This document shows, piece after piece, positions 42,301 to 57,300 of a DNA stretch of 64,000 bases. Each line of letters begins with the position of its first letter. The first letter of the stretch is position 1. The stretch comes from Lytechinus pictus (lineage: Eukaryota). Where the stretch lies: NCBI RefSeq assembly GCF_037042905.1, contig NC_087252.1, positions 10,912,001 to 10,976,000 on the forward strand. The letters run 5' to 3'. The notes under the pieces are model-generated. The model ran no database searches and was not told where the DNA came from. It worked only from the letters and a program-made list of their open reading frames with translations. Both the position numbers and the translations under genes were made by a program.

Positions 42301-45300
42301 GTACATCATATATTCATTACCGTAATACATGTCTCTTGACCTGTCTGATCTGTGTAGTAACCAGGAGGACAGGCTTCAGGACTCTTCGTTTCATCCGCAC
42401 ATTGGTAACCTAGGCAACAAAAATAAAACAAATCATGTCTTTACTTAGTAATCTTTGCATCTAAATACATCAATGAATAATTTAGGGTTGACAAGATAAA
42501 GTAAGTCCCTTCAAATTCTAAGCTGGACTCTGTGCCCTATGATATGAAGAGAATGATTTCAGTATGTGATTTGCCATAGATTGATATGGCAAAATTACTA
42601 ACAATTACAAGATTAATTGTAGTGATGTGCTGGCAATTTGTAGAGATCATGATAATGGGGCCTTTGGAAGAAATGTATTCAAACACAACCACAATAATCA
42701 CATGCCAGTACCGAATAACCAAGTCTGATTAGATAATATTCAAGTTATGATTTTTTTTTTTAAGGTGCGCTTCATTGCAAATCTCTTTGCAAAAATGGGC
42801 CCCAAGGACAATCAAACATTTGTAAATAAAGTTTATTTATACACTCATAAAAAATCAAATGTGAGCAGGTTTCTACCACTTGAGCATATGGTGCAGTTCA
42901 CATTTCAATTCATTAATAGAAAAATGTGAACAGATTCTTAGCCCTGGAACATTCGGGACAGTTTATATTTAATTTCATTATTCTAAAAAATTCAAATGTG
43001 AAGAGGTTCTTTCCTCTTGAGCATACAGTTTCATCACATTTCATTTACCCAAAAAAAATCAAATGTGACCAGATTCTTACCCATGGGGCATGTGGTGCAG
43101 GTAACCAGGGGGAAAAAAATCTTTTTTTTTAATACTTTTTGGGGCTACTCTCCATAACTGGATGCCTAAATCTGCACATTGAATAAGTTTTAACATTGTA
43201 GAGAATGTGGATTTTTGGGCCTCTGTTTTTATTTTCCAGAGCTCTTTTAAGCATTTCGGGAGGAAAATCGCTCTCAGTCCCCGTGTAATCCATTCCTTGC
43301 AGGTCACATTTCACTTCACTCAAGAAATAAACAGGTTCTTAGTCGTGGGGTATGTGGTGCATTTCACGTATTCCATTTCACAATGTAAAACATAAATCAA
43401 ATGTGAACAGATTCTTATGAGCATTTCGAGCAGTTCATATTTCATTTTCACTAAAAAGGCAATTAAATGTGAACGGATGCTTACCCATGGGACATGTGGT
43501 GCAGTTCACATTTCCCAGAGAGTCTGCATACCAGCCCGCAGAACAGACCGTGGGGGCGCTAGACCCATCGTAGGGGCAGTAGGATCCCTTTGGACAATCT
43601 TGACATGATGTTTGCGCCAAGCTGGCATACTGGCCGGCTTGGCATATGATCGGTTCTGCATCCATTGTGGGACATCTATTTTGGTAATAAAAAAACAATT
43701 GAAGTTAACTCAAGAAGTCATAGTGAGTTTTGATATAAGATCCATACCAAGATTTAATTTAAAGCCAATGTAAACCAACAGCTTTGTATTGAACCCCCTC
43801 AAGTCCTCGACTTCTCAATTTGGCCCAGTTTCGTAACCCACAATGCAACATTCTGACCTGTGTAGTCTTGTAATATAGACCCACTTATGATAACACACTC
43901 ATTTGCTACTCAATTCATTCATACATGTACTTCAATCACTATGTTGATATTAAAGGTCAAGTCCACCCCAGCAAAATGCTGATTTGAATAAATAGAGAAA
44001 ATCAAACCAGCATAACACTGAAAATTTCATCAAAATCGGATGTAAAATAAGAAAGTTATGGCATTTTAAAGTTTCACTTATTTTTCACACACAGTGAAAT
44101 GCACAACTCAGTGACATGCAGATGAGTCAGTCGATGATGTCCATCACTCACTATTTCTTTCGTTTTTTTATTGTTTGAATTAAACGATATTTCATTTTTT
44201 TTTACAGATTTGACCATAGGGACCGACTTGACTGAACCATATAGTATCAAACAATGCTAATTCCACATGTTCAGGTAGGAATTAATCACTGTTTCACTTG
44301 ACAATGAGGAAAAAAATAGAATGTTTCATATTTCAGATAATAAAATACAAAAGAAATAGTGAGTGGGTGACGTCATCAGTCTCCTCATTTGCATACCAAC
44401 CAGGATGTGCACATCACTGTTTTGTGAAATTAAGCGAAACTTTAAAATGTCATAACTTTCTTATTTTACATCCGATTTTGATGACATTTTCAGTGTTATG
44501 CTTGTTGGATTTTTCTCTTTTTATTCAAATCAATTTTTTGTTGGGGTGGACTTGTCCTTTAAGTAGATACTATTTGCCTAAATTGAATTGAATTGACTCG
44601 TTATAATCCACATGCATATTATCTCATGCTTTATGTTCATGTTATGTTGCCCTGTGAACTGTTCGTCTAGAACAGATAACCTGGGCGTATTGTAATTGTT
44701 TCCCTTTTTATCAATAAAAGGTGATTTATAAAAAAACAAAATATACACAACAAAAAAAGTAAGTCCCCCCTAAATCAAATTGCTGTAACTTTTGAACGGA
44801 ATTATTTTGAGATATGATATTTCGTAGGTGGTTTTCTACACTCATTAAGCAACCTCTGGGGAAAAATGAGATTGATCGGTTGAGTCATGCATGAGTAATT
44901 AAAGATTGAATTAAAAATGACCATTTTTGAAAGTCACAAGAGTCGTTTTTCAGATTGTGCAAATACAAAGCTGGGCAAAAGTTGTTTTTAGGTGAATTTT
45001 ATGGTGTTAATGCTGTTTTACTATCCATCATTTAGCCACTCCACACACAATTTTGATATCGAATGTTCATGGTTGAGTGAGCACAATAATGCAGGGGCCG
45101 CAGGGGTGGGGGGGCTCAGCCCCCCACTTTTTTCCAAAAGCATATACAAAAATGTAAAAATTACCATACGATTATTTTTTTGCATGGTCAGCCCCCCCCC
45201 CCCCCACTTTGAAAACCGTTCGGCGGCCCCTGTATAGTGACATATCATCAAAGGGGTTTATGGTAGTATCCTCTACAACTTGTTATATCATGTTAAAATT

Positions 45301-48300
45301 TGAAAATGTTGGTGGCTCCCCCGATTATAGGCTCCTCCCCCATTTTAAAATTCTGGATCCACCACTGATTTGTCCATAAATTAAACTGATCATGAGAATT
45401 TGTAAGAAAAAATACATTTATGCAGTATAAAGAGTATTCATTCCTAAGTTTTCGAATGTGCTCGCTCAACCATGAAAATTTTAAAACTTCGGAAAGTGTG
45501 TGGTGATAGAAATGATGGATGATAAAAACAAGAGCAATTAAAGTCACATTTGAAACCGAATTTGCCCCCAATATTCACTTTATTACCATTTAAAATGGGT
45601 CTGTGACATTGAAAATACCCAATTTCCCACTTTGATGTGTGCTCACTCATCCATAAATAAACAAATCGATTTCATTTTTGCACAGAATTCTGCCCATAGG
45701 TTGATAAACATTACTGCCAAATGACATTGCTAAAGACAGCCTTGAAAAAAAGTTCCACCACATTGAATAGGGGGTTACTTATTCTTAAACATATGCACCC
45801 ATAATGTACACAAGTCTATGAGAGAGGAAGTCAACATTTTAACAAATATGAAATGAGGGTTTGTTTCATGGACGGTTTTTGTTACTTCTGCCAACAGTTA
45901 TTTCATGAAACTTCGCACATGGCTTCATTGTAACACTATCCAAAATGTGCGCACACCAAAATAACCATTTGATACGGCACAGAGTGGGGCCAGGGCCTTG
46001 AACTTTCTTCTCATTTGCATAATTTTCGAATATTGTGTGCTCACTGATGCATTAAACATCGGGATTTTCATAAAAATCAAATCAAATGAACCATGCAAGG
46101 AGGTTTGTGATAGATATCCATAGTTACAAATTGCATTTTTTCCAATAACGTAAAAAAGAGCTTATCACATTCCACATGTTCATTCAAGCGTGAATGTTTA
46201 ATTAAACGCCTTTGAATCATTGAAGCATGTTAGTTGGTCATGAACATAACAAAAAAGTTGAGAAAAGATCATTTTCAGTTACCAAAATGAAACAATACTT
46301 GCCTATGATATTTGAAAATCGTATCTTTTGTTTTCAATAAATGTTCATTGAACCGTGAAACAATGAATATTGTTGAAGATACTCTTCCCAAAAATAACTG
46401 TCATCATATTCTATCATTTTTATTGATAGAAATGTGTAAAAAATCAAATTATAGCAAATTTGGACTTGTGTTCATTCAACCATGAAATTTAGCCAGAAAA
46501 GTTGTATCGTCTTTTAGAAAGTACCTTTTACAAGCCTTCTGACTATTTTTCATGATGAAAATGTGGAATTAGTTCCAATAAAAATGGAATCAAAGTCATG
46601 ATATTTGGCTTGTGACTTTTGAAAAGTGACATTTTTGCCTTCTGACGGTGCTCACTGAAGCATGACGTAAAATACGTCCATAACATTTACTCAGAGGGTA
46701 GCCTATAAAATTACCTACACGCTCATGTAAAAATATATTAAAAACTCGCATTGGTTCGGAAATTATTGATGTTTGTTTAAGGGGGGACTTACTTTTTTTG
46801 TTGTGTATAGTTCACTACTGTATATCTTTCCATTAATGCCCACATTCAGAGTGTTGATTATTATGGGAATTGAACTAAGAATAAAACTATAGGCTAATTA
46901 ATACTGAACTACATGTATACAATACACATTTTTATTTTTTTCAAGCAATTTGCTTATGATGACAATCCTCCTCCGAATTGCAAATGTAATGTGTTGGAAG
47001 TGGGTCATTTCGTGTGTGTGCGTGTGTGTGTTGAATTATATTTAGAGTGCACTTCATCTATGATTTATGCCCAAAACAGTAAACAATTACATGTTTGTTA
47101 TGTTATGAAAAATGTTTTATAAGAATTATATGAATGTATGCAGAAGCGAACAATAAATTAGATCAAATCAAATCAAGATAATGAGATGAAGTGGCAATCA
47201 ACCACAGTGATGGTCAATTCGGTCTCCCTTCAGAACTGACTCACCTGTAACCAGCTGGGCAGATGGTGCAGGTGGTGTTCCCTCCTAGAGAATAATAACT
47301 TGATGAGCAGGGAGAAGGGGTGGAGAAATGGTCTAAGCATTCAGACCCCGCGGGACAGACCATACAGGAAATAGCATTCGTCTCGTTGCTGAATGTTCCG
47401 TCAATGCATCTGGATTAGAGGGATGATAAAAGGTAATATTGCTTATAAAATGGGTTGAAAAATGTAGCCAATAACATGCATTTATTTTTATTTTAAAAAA
47501 AATTATGACTGCCTTTTTTTTCTCTCATTGTTGAATGTTCCATCAATGCATCTGGATTGGAGAGATCATAAAAGCAAAGCTACCAACTTTACTAATCACC
47601 CTTCAGGAAGAATCTACTGAGGAATGAGGGAGATTTCTCTCAATTACACACAATCCACACACAAGCATTGTGGCCCAGTGGATTAGTCTTCTGCCTTTGA
47701 AACAGAGGGTCGTGGGTTCGAATCCCAGCCATGGCGTATTTCCTTCAGCAAGAAATTTATCCACATTGTGCTGCATTCAATCCAGGTGAGGTGAATGAGG
47801 TGAATTCCTTGAATGCTTGAGCGCCTAGGCAGCCCAGCTAAAGCCGGGGTTATAATATCCAAGTCCTTTGGAAGCGCATAGAGACGCTATTCACAATGTT
47901 TTATGTGCTATACAAGAACTGACTATCATTATTATTATTAATCCAATGAAAGAATATGTAAATCAGGGAGTTGATGAAAATTTGCAGTTTTTCAATCGAA
48001 AATTAGTCATGGCAGCTATGTAAAAAGTAATATTTTTCATAATATGCATTCAAGAATGTAGCTCAGTACATGCACTTATATGGGCAATGCATGTACATGT
48101 ACTCTCTATTCTTTGGCCCATATTCTGAACTCGAGTTTAACTTCAACCCTGATCTTATCTGCCAAAAAAATTATGGGAAGCTGAGAGTGTGAAAACGTTG
48201 TTTAAACTGTAATGCTTCTTGTGTAATAATAGGAACCGTCCCATGGTCTGATTGTTATTAAAGAAAACTTGTCATTTCAAGAAATGTTTTGAATGATATG

Positions 48301-51300
48301 AATGTTAAAAGTGGGGCAATGCAATAAAATGATCAACCTTTTTGTACACGATCCAACCCCCATTTTTCTCAAGTCTTACGCCACTTCATAAACTGACCAA
48401 GTCATGATCATTTGAGAGCATTACAGACTGTCAAAAGAACAAGAAATCCGAACCAGAAAATTTCATGAAGGTCCACAGATAGGAGGTTGGACGTATATAT
48501 TTGATGAAATTGCCCAGTGGTAATATATTGTTTATCTAATTCTAGATTGATGGTTCTCATAGCAATTCTAGACCACAGTTCAGAATAAGGGACTTTGAGA
48601 TTTTGTACACATACATGTATATATCTGGGTCAATCTATTGAGGCTCCATGATTTCATGTGAAAACAATTCCAAACTGTGGACATGTCGACAGTGTGATTG
48701 TTCACAGTATGCTCACATATTGGACAATGTGATGCATACTGTTAAAATGGTAAAATCTAAGTGTGAATACACTTCCACACTGTGGATACATCTACATTGT
48801 AAGTTAGTTTTCAAAATGTGTTAGCAATGGACTATGTCAAAATGCTATTCACACTTTTAAAATGCTAAAATCTAACAGTGTGAATACATTTCCACACTGT
48901 GGATACCTACATGTATACAGTGAGTGTGCACAGTGTGTTTGCAAAGAGCTGTATGTAAAAATGTGATTCACACTGTTAAAACTTATATTTAACAGTGTGA
49001 ATACAATTTCACTGTGGATGCCCTTGCAGCTTGAGTGATCACAGTGTATTCCCAAAATGCCCTATGTGAAATATGATACACACTCTTAAAAAGCTCAAAA
49101 TTTAAGTGTGAATACATTTCCACACTGTGAATACCTCTACAGTGTGAGTGAGCACAGTGTATTCACAGATTGCCCTATGTTAAACTGAAATTCACACTAT
49201 TAAAACTTTCAAATTTAACAGTATGAATAAAATTCCACACTTTTGATCGATATACAGTTTGAGTGTTCTGTGTGTACACATAGTGGACAATATGAAAATG
49301 TGATTCACACTGTAAAAATGCCAAAATCTAACAGTGTGAAAACATTTCCATACCGTGGATACCTCTACATTGTGGGTGCACACAGTGTATTCACAGAGTG
49401 CCCTATGTGAAAATGTGATTTACACCGTTGTAAATTTAACAATGTGACAATGATTTCACACTACATTCCACACTGTGAACACATGGTGGAACACACCATG
49501 CTCATTCCAGCAGGGAAGCACAGCACACTGGATAAATCCTCGATTGACAAAAAGATGAACTGTGGGAGGTTTCACAATTATATAACTGTGACTTAAAAGT
49601 CATGCTTAAATGCCAACGCCCACATGTTATTAAACGTGTGATCTGGTTGATGGCTTTGAAGTAGCAATCACCGATGCGTTATATACTGTACACAACTGAA
49701 ATTGAAGTGTGACTTTAAGTCATATTAAATCTTTGTGAAACACCCCTATGGTCTTACCCGATTGGTTCGAGCAACCCATCGAAAGGACAGTAGAAGCCTA
49801 CTGGGCAGTCCTGACACGCAGCACTCCCATTGGCTGCGAAGCTTCCTGCAGTACAGAGCACAGGGTCTGCTGATTGGACGGTGCACTGGTAACCTCCTGG
49901 ACAAGGTATGCAGGTTGTAGCGTTGGCCAGAGAGTAGTAGCCGTCAGGACATGGGACAGGAGCTGCGGATATCAACAAAGATTTGATGAATAAGAATTTA
50001 GTTTTCTTTAAAATCTCTTTCTTGCAAGAGTTATAGTATAATCACGAAGTAGAATGTGAAGACAAGGGGAGCAGAGGTAGAGTAGGGGATGCCACGGACC
50101 AGGAGCTGAGGACATCAATGATTGCATTAACCATTGTCCCATTCTTCTTAAGAATACTGTATACATGTACATGGTGACATAGTCAAATGTGGGTAGAAGG
50201 GGTGGAGGAGGAAGTGTTGGCCAAAAAGAAGTAGCCATGAGGCCTAGGAGCTCAGCTGTGGACATCAAGAATTGAATAATTCATTTTCAAGATATACAAG
50301 ATTTATTTAATAACTATATAATGGTGAAGTAATGAAATGTGCGGACAAGGTGTGGAGGTCGTAGCGTTGGTCAGAGAGTAGTAGTCATCTGGACATGGGA
50401 CAGGAGCTGTGGACATTTAAGAATTGGAGGAATAAGTTTTTATTCTTCTTGGTTCTTGTGCAAAAGTAATCGTATAAATATGATGAAGGATTGAAATGTG
50501 TGGGCAAGAGAAAGAAGTTGAAGTGTTGGCCAAAGAGAAGTAGCCATCGGGACATGGGCTACAAGCTGTGGACATCAAGAATTGAATAAATAAGATTCCT
50601 CTTTTATATATTACGTGTGCAAGAGTAATAGTATAATCATGGTGAAGTAGTGAAGTAGTGGGTGGACAATCGTTGGAAATGGTTCCAAAGGGCATACATG
50701 TACGCCACCTGGACAAGGGCTAGGGACTGTGGACATCAAGGATTGGATGGATATTTTTTATTCTTCTTTTGTATGTAGGTGCACAAGGTTAAGCCGTTAG
50801 GGACTGGATAATTTTGCAATAACACATATTTTCCATAGACTCAAGCCTGCACATATGCGTGCTTAGTCTCCAACGGGATAATAACATCATTATTGAGTAA
50901 TGTGAAAACACTAGTTTCAGGTTGTCACATTTGTCATAAAGAAGAAGCCATCGGGACAAGGGCTACGGGATGAGGACATCAATCAATTATCAATACCACC
51001 ATTTTAAATTTGATTGAATGCAAAAATAAAAATATGAAGAAACATTGAAGTTCTTTGTGCAATTTATTGAAATAACGAAGCTTTGCTGATTTAATGTGAC
51101 TATTAGTTGACTTGCACAGACTGAAATGTATATGTGGACGAGAATAACAAGAAATACTTCTTGATTTATCAGACAAAATGTTTAAAGTATTAAAAAAAAA
51201 CATAACTTGTGGCATTGAATAAAAATTGTAAAATCAATATAATGAATCAAATATGACTTGGGAGTGTGTGACACAAAATCAATGACATTTCATTAAAATA

Positions 51301-54300
51301 AATCAGTGAGAAAGAGATCGAAGAGGAGGGCATTTGCACATGGTTTCACTTTTTTATTTTCATAGATCATCATATTCTCCAAGTGGCATTCATGGTGTAA
51401 AATTAAATATAAATGAACTTTGCAAAAGTAAATTAGTGATGGAAATAAGGTGCAATGTAAATTATTTTGTTTTATTTATAATCATGAAAACAATGTCAAT
51501 TTGCTACATTATAAGAATCAAAATACAATTCAATATTCTCACCAGCTTGAGATGCAAATGGAAAAAAAAAATGAATCACAAAATTAGTCCAAATGTTCAA
51601 AATGAGTTTTAGTTATTGTGAAGACATGTAACAATAAAAGGGAATAAGAAAACAAATTCTGTTCAGATTCGTTCATTCGAAAACTACAAAGTATTTTTGG
51701 AAATTAATTTCCAATATCCTTCAAAAATAGGGTCAGGATACATAGTAAAAATCTGAAAATACAGTTGAGGCCCCTAAAAGTTAATAGCATTACAAGGACT
51801 ATTTTCATCTTAAAGTCTTTGAAAAGAGAAGAGACCATTATATCAGATCTAGTGAGCTCTCCCAAGTTTTTAATTGAACTGAATAATCTTCTAGGTATCT
51901 TACAGTTTTTGATATCCAATACCATGTTTCTGAAGATGTTCTATATCCACCAAAACCCCTGACAAAAAAATAGCTCGTGCTTTGGTAAGTCCCTCCTTTC
52001 TCCTTTTTTCTAGTCTTTGGGAGTCACAAACTGTGACTGATTTTCCACCCACCCCATTGAGATCTGTGGAAGCACAGTGGGGTAGCAGTTCTGACTCTTG
52101 CCTTGTAATCAGAGGGTCATGTGTTCCTTTGGCAAGGCATCAATCCACATTTTGCCACTCTCACCCAGGGGCTAATTGGGTACCGGTAGGAAACATTAAT
52201 CATTGTGGTTGGTTTAGCAAGTGTTGCCTAACAGGCTGCTTGATATGCTATGAATCCAGTGACTGTGAAGCACTTTGAGCAGTAGTAGTAGATTGACAAA
52301 GCACTATATAAATGCCAATTTTTATTATCCTGGATTTGGCAACGTCTTGATGCACCTTGATGGGGTTTCAGGAAGTATCTTTTGCTCTCAGCCAATCAGA
52401 TGCAAGGATTTCAGTAGCTTATAACACAATATCAGTGAAATGCTCACCTGATGTTTTGTCCAAGCAAGCTGAGCCAGCGGTGCAGGCTTCACAAGACGCC
52501 TGACCAGGGGAATCCTGATAGCTCCCATCGGGACACTCCAAGCAGTACTTGACAGCCCAAGGACTGTTAGAACACAAAACAAAACAAGTTTACATCACCA
52601 ATATCAAACATCGGAAGATTGAAGTTACTGGTTATCACTCTAAAGGTGACGGCACACCTTACGATTGGTCTGCGACCCGATTTCAGAATAAAATGTAGTA
52701 GAATTTTATGCTTATATTGAGACTTGGAATATCTTACTGTGTAATGTACTAAATCATTGTACAAATACATATGTTCAAATATGTGACTATGCTATCATCC
52801 TTCTTGGAATAAAAGCGAATATAATATCTAGTCGTAATGACGTCAAATCAGTTGTATGATTGGCTACGATTTGAAACTAATTTGGCCTTTACTCCAAAAT
52901 AAAAGCTTGCAATCTTTCAAAATGGTTTATTAGTATTCTTTCAATTAATTTTAACCTCAAATAAAATGATATGTTCCATTCACATTTTCAGAAAATGAGG
53001 AAAATGCGATTTGTTCCAAAATCGGATCGCGAACAGTCGTAAGGTGTGCAGTGGCCTTTACGTGTACTGTACACATGTAGTTTGAAAGAAAACAGTAGGC
53101 TATAGTAATTCAAATGTTTCTCCAATTTTAACTTCACTTCATAAACTGCTCAAGCAATTATAATATAAGAGCATGGCAACTTTTCCTATGAACTAGAAAC
53201 CAAAGACAAATAAAACATAAAAACCATAAAACAGTTCATCAATTTATGGAATTACAAACAGGGGAATAATTTAAACAAACAAGCTAAAGTACAATCTAAA
53301 AATACACAACTGAAAGTTTAATATTCTGTCTTCGTGTATGGGAAGTAATCTAAAACATGCATATAGTCAGGAATCAAAACCAACATTTCTTTCAACTGCT
53401 TGTAAGAGCATTTTAATTTGCTTTTTAGATTCATCAGCACTTAGGATTGGGACGTAGGCAGAACATTTATCAAGTATGATTTCTAGGACTCTTTTCAACA
53501 AAATTTATCAGGCAAAAAAAAAATGCTGCAATTTAATTCAGAAATCTGCTTTATTTTACATATCATACTTTATATTTTTGTGTGTTTTTTTAAGGATTTA
53601 TCATTTCTGTATACTATAATTTCTATTTCTATTTTCTTTTAAATATTTTCTTGTTGTACTTGTTTTTATTAAAATATCTTGTAATACCTCAATATGAATT
53701 TCCTGATGGAATAAAATAAATTTGAATTGAATTGAATTAAAAACCATTAAAAAGGTTACTTTGTCAGAAACATGTTTAAGAACAAGATAAGAAAGGAAAA
53801 TGTTGTTTTGAAGGTAATACTAGCTTTCCATACCTGTATGTTCCGGGAGCACATATCAAAGGAGACGCCATGGTGTTATTACATGAATAACCCTCAGGAC
53901 ATGCCATACATGATGATAGACCTAAAGAAAGATCAATATTCCAAGAGAAATCAAACACAGAAAACACTGATTTCATGAAAAAATCTGTAAAACCCAAGGT
54001 TAATTGCCACAATATCATCATACATGTAGACAAAGATTTGGTACAAATACACTAACTGAACATTGTTAACTCACGAAATCGAACCTGAAAAACAATCTCA
54101 CAGAAAATCACCAACACTGAAAAGCTCATGGGGATGGTGTACTGTTATTACTGGGAAAAACACCCGGCATCATGCTCACTTTCATGATTATTTTGCTAAT
54201 TTCACAACAATTCACTATTTCTTCCAGAATCATTGTTTTATCTATTTAAATACATACAGACACCTGGGTAGTAATTTCAATAGCATGCACATGTAATTTA

Positions 54301-57300
54301 CGTTGTGAAATCTGCACAAGTTGACCTCATATGAGTCATATAAAGGGAATAAGTTTGCTTTACAAATTTGAATAGCATTTTTGGTCATAAGAGAAAAGCT
54401 CTCAACTAAGTAATGTACAGTCCAATGTAAAAATATCCAATACAAAAGACTTTATGCATAGCAGTCTTTCAAAAATGTGGAGCGAATTGCAATGCGATAC
54501 CAGGAAAATCATTCCCTGCAAATGATAAATGCCTATTCTTTTACCATTTTCAACCAATTGGAGATCGAGTCCAATATTCGCGATGATGATCTCTAGAAAT
54601 TGAATGTTAGACCACAATATACAACTCACTAAAAATAAACCATTTTATTCACTTTGAATGGATGCACAAACTCAGATGTGATTCCGTTCTTAACCCCTAC
54701 AAAACTGGGCCCATACAAGAAAGGTTGGAGTCCAGAAAATGTGTGTTATAGCGAAATCATTCAACCTCAAACGGGTTAATCCAGTCACAAATTTTGTCTG
54801 AAAAGCAATTCTATATTCTGCACTCTCATAATTTTTGTCTCTCCCTCCCTCTTGGAGTTTTCGTGTATATGTAATTTGCAGATTATGAATATGAAATTGC
54901 CCTGATAACAATTTTTGTTTGTTTTAGAAACGAACCTGTACTGTCTGCATATTCGCCATCATTACATGAAGTACAAGACGTGGATCCAGCCGAAGCGTAT
55001 GAACCACGCGGACAGATTACGGGACTCAGATGGGACGAGGTACATCGGTAACCCTCCGGACACTGCTCGCAGGATTGGGATCCGGTCTCATTGGCATAGT
55101 AACCTGATAAGGGAAGGTACCAGGGATGAAGCAAATTAGAAATTATTCCAAGAAAAAAAGTAGTAGTACTTTTTACATTAAGTCTAATTATGCTAGTTTT
55201 CTTTCGAGGTACACGCATATACTACTGTAATGAATAGGATTAGAGCCTTTTAGGATTCTAGTTGTTTACACATGTATGGTGATGCTAACTAAAGAAAAAA
55301 GGTAAATGGTCAATAAATCTAATAATTTTTTAAGGATATTCAGAATATTCCTTTTGATAGAATAACAAATCATTTTACATTGTAAAAATATATTGATATT
55401 CTGACAATGTTTTTTTTTTTTTTACAGAAATTCTGATTTAATGTTCTGACAAAATTATAAAAGTGAAAAATATTCTACTAATGCAATAATTAAAAATACA
55501 TTATTGAATACGCAGATGAATACCTTAAATATAAAGTGCACATGTAGAATTAAACCTCACTTTATTATATTCAAATTTCTTACAAAATTAAAAATACAAT
55601 TCTAACATCAAATCTCAAAAGAAATGAACATGTAAAAAAAAAACATTGAACATTATGTTAACCCAACTGAACATAACATTAATCTTCACGAAATATACAC
55701 AGTACATGTACATGGACCACATGAAATATGGGTCATATCAATACGGAAACATGAAGCAAAATAATGCAAAAGTGGGATTTTATTGTCATTGAAGTGATAA
55801 ATTCATGAAGGGTTTAAATTGAATATTCTTTTATAATGTTTCATTATGTTTTTGTTTTTTTGCTTTATTTTGTTGGTGTGTTTCTGGGACACAATGAAAG
55901 CCTTTAGCCACTAAAAGGCTTTTTGGAATAAAGGTATGATTAGATTCTTGTACATGTACATGCACATGGCTATAAATCTTTTAGTATAAATATATCTGAT
56001 TGAATATTTTCTTTGGGGGTAATACTAATAGAAAAATTAAAGATGTAGAAGCAAGCAGCATAGTGTATAAAAAGCATGAACAAGAAGCAACTCAAACTCC
56101 ATGGGCCCTGTTATGAAAGAGATACTTGTATGATTAATATCTAAAATTAATTGTAATTTATTTTGTACCATAACCTACCTTACAATCAATAATAAGAATT
56201 TATTGAATCTGTTAAATTGATACACGTTCCACAGAACAAGGAGAAAATGCTGGGACAATATGGAGTACTTATAGGAATATATACTCATGTATACAACAAT
56301 GACAATAATAACAGTAACAAACATACATTCATCACCATAAATTACATGTAGTTACCGGACAAGTTCAATCAAAAGCAGAGAGGTTAAAATTGCAATTCTT
56401 CTCATTAATGTTAAAAATAGTAAGTATACAATTAGGGTTATAAGTAGTTACTGGAGAGTGCAGCACAAAAACACAAAGAAGTGCTATTATAGGAACACGT
56501 GTCCACTTTGTGTGTATGTGTATTACAAGGAGGATTGCCAAATAGACAATTCATCAATCTTTAATAACTTTATAGTTCAAAAGTCTGAAGTAGTTGCAGC
56601 AAACAATTATTTCATGAGAAAGTCTTTTAATTTATAAAATTTGATTGTTACCATATAAATATCGTACATCTAGATCTGGTACAATAATATGAACTTATCT
56701 TTGTGAAATCATGAAATCTTTATAGCTCAAAACCAATAATTATGATGATCACTATATAAAGCACAGAAGTACATACAGTGTATGTGGGATAGTGTATTAA
56801 TATTGCTTGGGAAAATACCCAACATTTGATGGAATTCCATGCTTATTTTGCTCATTTCCAAGCAATTACACATTTTCTTCCAGAGCCATTTGGCACATAT
56901 TTTCTATTCATTTATATTCAAACACAATGGGTGATAAGTTTATTAGATTCTGATCGAACTTGTTTTGAGATTGTTACCACAACTGGTATTTATCTTGAAA
57001 ACCACTCTATTTGTTGTATGGTAAATTCTAGTGGAGAGTTGGAAGAAACTTTATACAAGTCAATTTTGGGCCCATATATCAATCATAGGTTTGCAGTTAA
57101 TCACAACTTTGCACTCAATTGCTGGTCTTCAATTTTTAGCATGAGAGTCAAATTGATTTGCTGTATAAAATTTATCTATAATTTTTAAATACATGTGCTG
57201 GAAATCTTTGCAATTGATAGCAAATATTTTCCTTGCAACTCTCCATTGGTCAGTACGTCTGAACATTGCATTCATACACGTCTACCGAAGGCAGATGTCT

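Noticed and set aside
47663-47735. tRNA genes (also ~15730-15800, 26570, 33105, 34148)
   Set aside because: A/B-box heads continue into a shared SINE body and ATT tail; no clean cloverleaf seen.
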